Shown here: in pieces, positions 61,757 through 64,000 of the stretch
How the letters are laid out: each line of letters opens with the position of its first letter
Numbering within the stretch: position 1 is the stretch's first letter
Source: Patescibacteria group bacterium
GTDB taxonomy: Bacteria; Patescibacteriota; Patescibacteriia; Patescibacteriales; UBA12075
Assembly (NCBI GenBank): GCA_018897195.1
Contig: JAHILH010000004.1
Coordinates: 19,182 to 83,181, forward strand
Reading direction: 5' to 3'
DNA: 64,000 nucleotides
Notes under the pieces: model-generated
Told to the model about the DNA's origin: nothing
What the model saw: the letters and a program-made list of their open reading frames with translations, nothing else
Databases searched by the model: none
Made by a program: the position numbers and the translations under genes

Positions 61757-61791
61757 AAAACAGCCCTGGCTACAACCGGGGCTGTTTTTTT
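61755..61791. terminator. Bidirectional terminator
   Basis: AAAAAACAGCCCTGG...CCGGGGCTGTTTTTT between convergent genes. Confidence 0.8.
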
Positions 61792-61806
61792 ATACTCCAC
61801 CTATCT

Positions 61807-62871
61807 TTATTTATTATGCAAGAAATGCACAACGTCGCCATCTTGCATGACATATTCTTTCCCTTCAATCCGCATTAAACCTTTTTCTTTGGCTGCAGCT
61901 TCCCCGCCAGCCTCAACATATTTTTCCCAATTAATAACCTCTGCTCGCACAAAACCTTTTTCAATATCTGTGTGAATCTCACCGGCCGCTTGCGGCGCTT
62001 TCGAGCCAACCTTCACTGTCCAAGCGCGTGTTTCCTCTTTTCCAGTTGTCAAAAAAGTCATCAAGCCCAATAATTTATATGAGGTTTTAATTAATTTATC
62101 CAAACCACTCTCGTCCAAGCCTAGTTCTTGTACATACTCTGCTTGTTCTTCCTCTGGCAAGCTCGCAATCTCGTCTTCTAGTTTAATATTCAAACTTAAA
62201 ACTTCACCATCCCATTTCGTTGTATCTAGCGGTCTTGAAACATCAGATGTATTTACTACGTACAGAATTGGTTTCACTGATAACAAGTTCAAAGACTTCA
62301 CAATTTTTTGTTCTTCCTCATCGAAAGTCATTGCCCGCACCGCCTTACCTGCCTCTAGTTGCGTTTTTATTTTTTCGACAATATCTCTAGTTTTAACCGT
62401 CAACTTATCACCACTCTTTGAATCCTTCACCAAGCGATCATATTTCTTTTCAACTGATTGCAAGTCCGCCAAAATTAATTCCAGATTAATTGTTTCCCGA
62501 TCATCTTCAGGGTCGATTTTATTATTAACATGAATAATATTACTGTCTTCAAAATTACGCACCACCTCACAAATTGCATCACACTCACGGATGTTGGCCA
62601 AAAATTGATTACCCAAACCTTCGCCCTTGCTCGCACCCTTAACTAAGCCGGCAATATCAATAAAATCAATCGTAGTGGGGATTAATTTTTTTGATTGAGA
62701 AATAGCTGACAACTTTTCCAAACGTTCATCAGGTACTTTCACGACACCAACATTGGGATCGATGGTACAAAAAGGATAATTCGCCGCTTCGGCTTTCTTT
62801 TTTGTTAAAGTATTAAATAAAGTAGATTTTCCCACATTTGGCAACCCAACAATTCCGATAGATAATGACAT
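61807..62871 (-). CDS. ychF: Ribosome-binding ATPase YchF
   Basis: GIVGLPNVGKST, ANYPFCTIDPN, DIAGLV.GAS.GEGLGN, EGKEYVMQDGD. Confidence 0.97.
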   Translation of the reverse strand: MSLSIGIVGLPNVGKSTLFNTLTKKKAEAANYPFCTIDPNVGVVKVPDERLEKLSAISQSKKLIPTTIDFIDIAGLVKGASKGEGLGNQFLANIRECDAICEVVRNFEDSNIIHVNNKIDPEDDRETINLELILADLQSVEKKYDRLVKDSKSGDKLTVKTRDIVEKIKTQLEAGKAVRAMTFDEEEQKIVKSLNLLSVKPILYVVNTSDVSRPLDTTKWDGEVLSLNIKLEDEIASLPEEEQAEYVQELGLDESGLDKLIKTSYKLLGLMTFLTTGKEETRAWTVKVGSKAPQAAGEIHTDIEKGFVRAEVINWEKYVEAGGEAAAKEKGLMRIEGKEYVMQDGDVVHFLHNK

Positions 62872-63137
62872 GAAATTAAATATTAGTAAATTAACTATTT
62901 TTGTGGCGGAATAAGAATTCCTGACCATACAAAAATCTTGTAGCTTTTATATATCCTAGCAAATTTATTCTAGCTTTACAAGATTTAAACATAGGTATAA
63001 AATATAGAATGATTTTAATCTAAATTTAATCTTTTTGTAATATAGTAAGAATAGATTTATAACTTACGATTAATTTACTCATTTGCGTTATATATTGTCC
63101 TAAAAAGCAATAAGATTGGCGTAAAATAACCAAACAT

Positions 63138-63824
63138 ATGACAATACTCGTCGTCGAAGATGAAATCAAAATCTCTAAATTCATTCGAAAGGGCCTAGAA
63201 ATGGAACACTACACTGTTGACTTCGCCTATGACGGCGAAGAAGCACTTGAAAAAGTCCAGATCAATAATTATGATATTATTATTTTGGATATTATGATTC
63301 CAAAAATTAATGGCATTGAAGTATGTCGTCAGATTAGAGAAAATAAAATTGACACACCGGTAATTATGCTCACGGCCAAGGATACGGTCGATGACCGCGT
63401 CAAAGGGCTTGACGTTGGCGCCGACGACTACTTAACAAAACCATTTGCTTTTGGCGAATTGGTTGCTCGTATCCGTGCCCTATTACGCCGGGAAAAAATG
63501 GTTAAACCAACCAGATTAGAAATCAGCGACCTTATTCTTGACCCACAAACACACGAAGTTCACCGTGGCGGTAAAGAAATTGCACTATCTAGTAAAGAAT
63601 ACAAGCTACTCGACTATATGATGCGACGACCAGGTCACGTTTGCACACGCACAATGATTGGTGAGCATATTTGGGGATACAACTTTACTGACGACTCCAA
63701 TGTCATTGATGTCTACATTAGCTACTTGCGCAAAAAAATCGACAGTGGTTTCAAAAGTAGGCTCCTGCATACAGTTCGCGATGTCGGCTACAAAATTCAA
63801 GACAAAAGTCTAAAGAAAGTATAA
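63138..63824 (+). CDS. OmpR/PhoB family response regulator
   Basis: VEDE, ILDIMIP, MLTAK, GADDYLTKPF; winged helix NVIDVYISYLRKK...TVRDVGY. Confidence 0.95.
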   Translation: MTILVVEDEIKISKFIRKGLEMEHYTVDFAYDGEEALEKVQINNYDIIILDIMIPKINGIEVCRQIRENKIDTPVIMLTAKDTVDDRVKGLDVGADDYLTKPFAFGELVARIRALLRREKMVKPTRLEISDLILDPQTHEVHRGGKEIALSSKEYKLLDYMMRRPGHVCTRTMIGEHIWGYNFTDDSNVIDVYISYLRKKIDSGFKSRLLHTVRDVGYKIQDKSLKKV

Positions 63825-63825
63825 T

Positions 63826-64000
63826 ATGACTGAACCAAAAAAATTGAATCATGAAGAGGATAATGCTGCTATTGCATCCCTAATGAAAACAATTGAAAAA
63901 TCCAAGAAACAATATGAACAAGCAATCGATGCTATCCAAGATAGTATTTGTGTTGTCAATCGAAATTTTGAAATAACGAGCTGTAATAAAGCCTTCGCCA
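63826..64000 (+). CDS. 5' end (partial) of a PAS-domain protein, probably the cognate histidine kinase
   Basis: Open to the window end; YEQAIDAIQDSICVVNRNFEITSCNKAF is a PAS N-terminal pattern. Confidence 0.7.
   Translation, partial: MTEPKKLNHEEDNAAIASLMKTIEKSKKQYEQAIDAIQDSICVVNRNFEITSCNKAFA

Overview
This window looks like a low-GC Patescibacteria (CPR, Parcubacteria-like) chromosome segment. The assignment rests on 16S primer-site variants, CPR-type pilins, an archaeal-type UMP kinase and a short SMC. Most of it is housekeeping: rlmH, an RluA-family synthase, gmk, a DEAD-box helicase, rpsA, smc, phoH, a 16S rRNA gene followed by five tRNAs and no 23S, rpsP-khpA-trmD, tRNA-Asp, pyrH, comM, recA, efp, rpsF-ssb-rpsR, prs, ychF and a two-component pair. 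The standout is a ~22 kb all-minus-strand cluster (27.9-49.9 kb) built around a His-Xaa-Ser repeat precursor peptide (39638-39904). It carries HxsB and HxsD-like genes and eight radical SAM enzymes in total. It also has an unusually large tailoring set: YcaO, two U32 proteins (one fused to a methyltransferase), a Dph6-like amide ligase, a UbiA prenyltransferase, a possible PatF/LynF-like ABBA prenyltransferase, a CruF-like hydratase, an A24 prepilin-type peptidase and Cys-rich exported proteins. Smaller signals include two families of REP-like palindromes, recurrent boxA-like motifs in mRNA leaders, an atypical initiator tRNA and unannotated small ORFs. All family assignments come from motif recognition by eye; no database searches were run.
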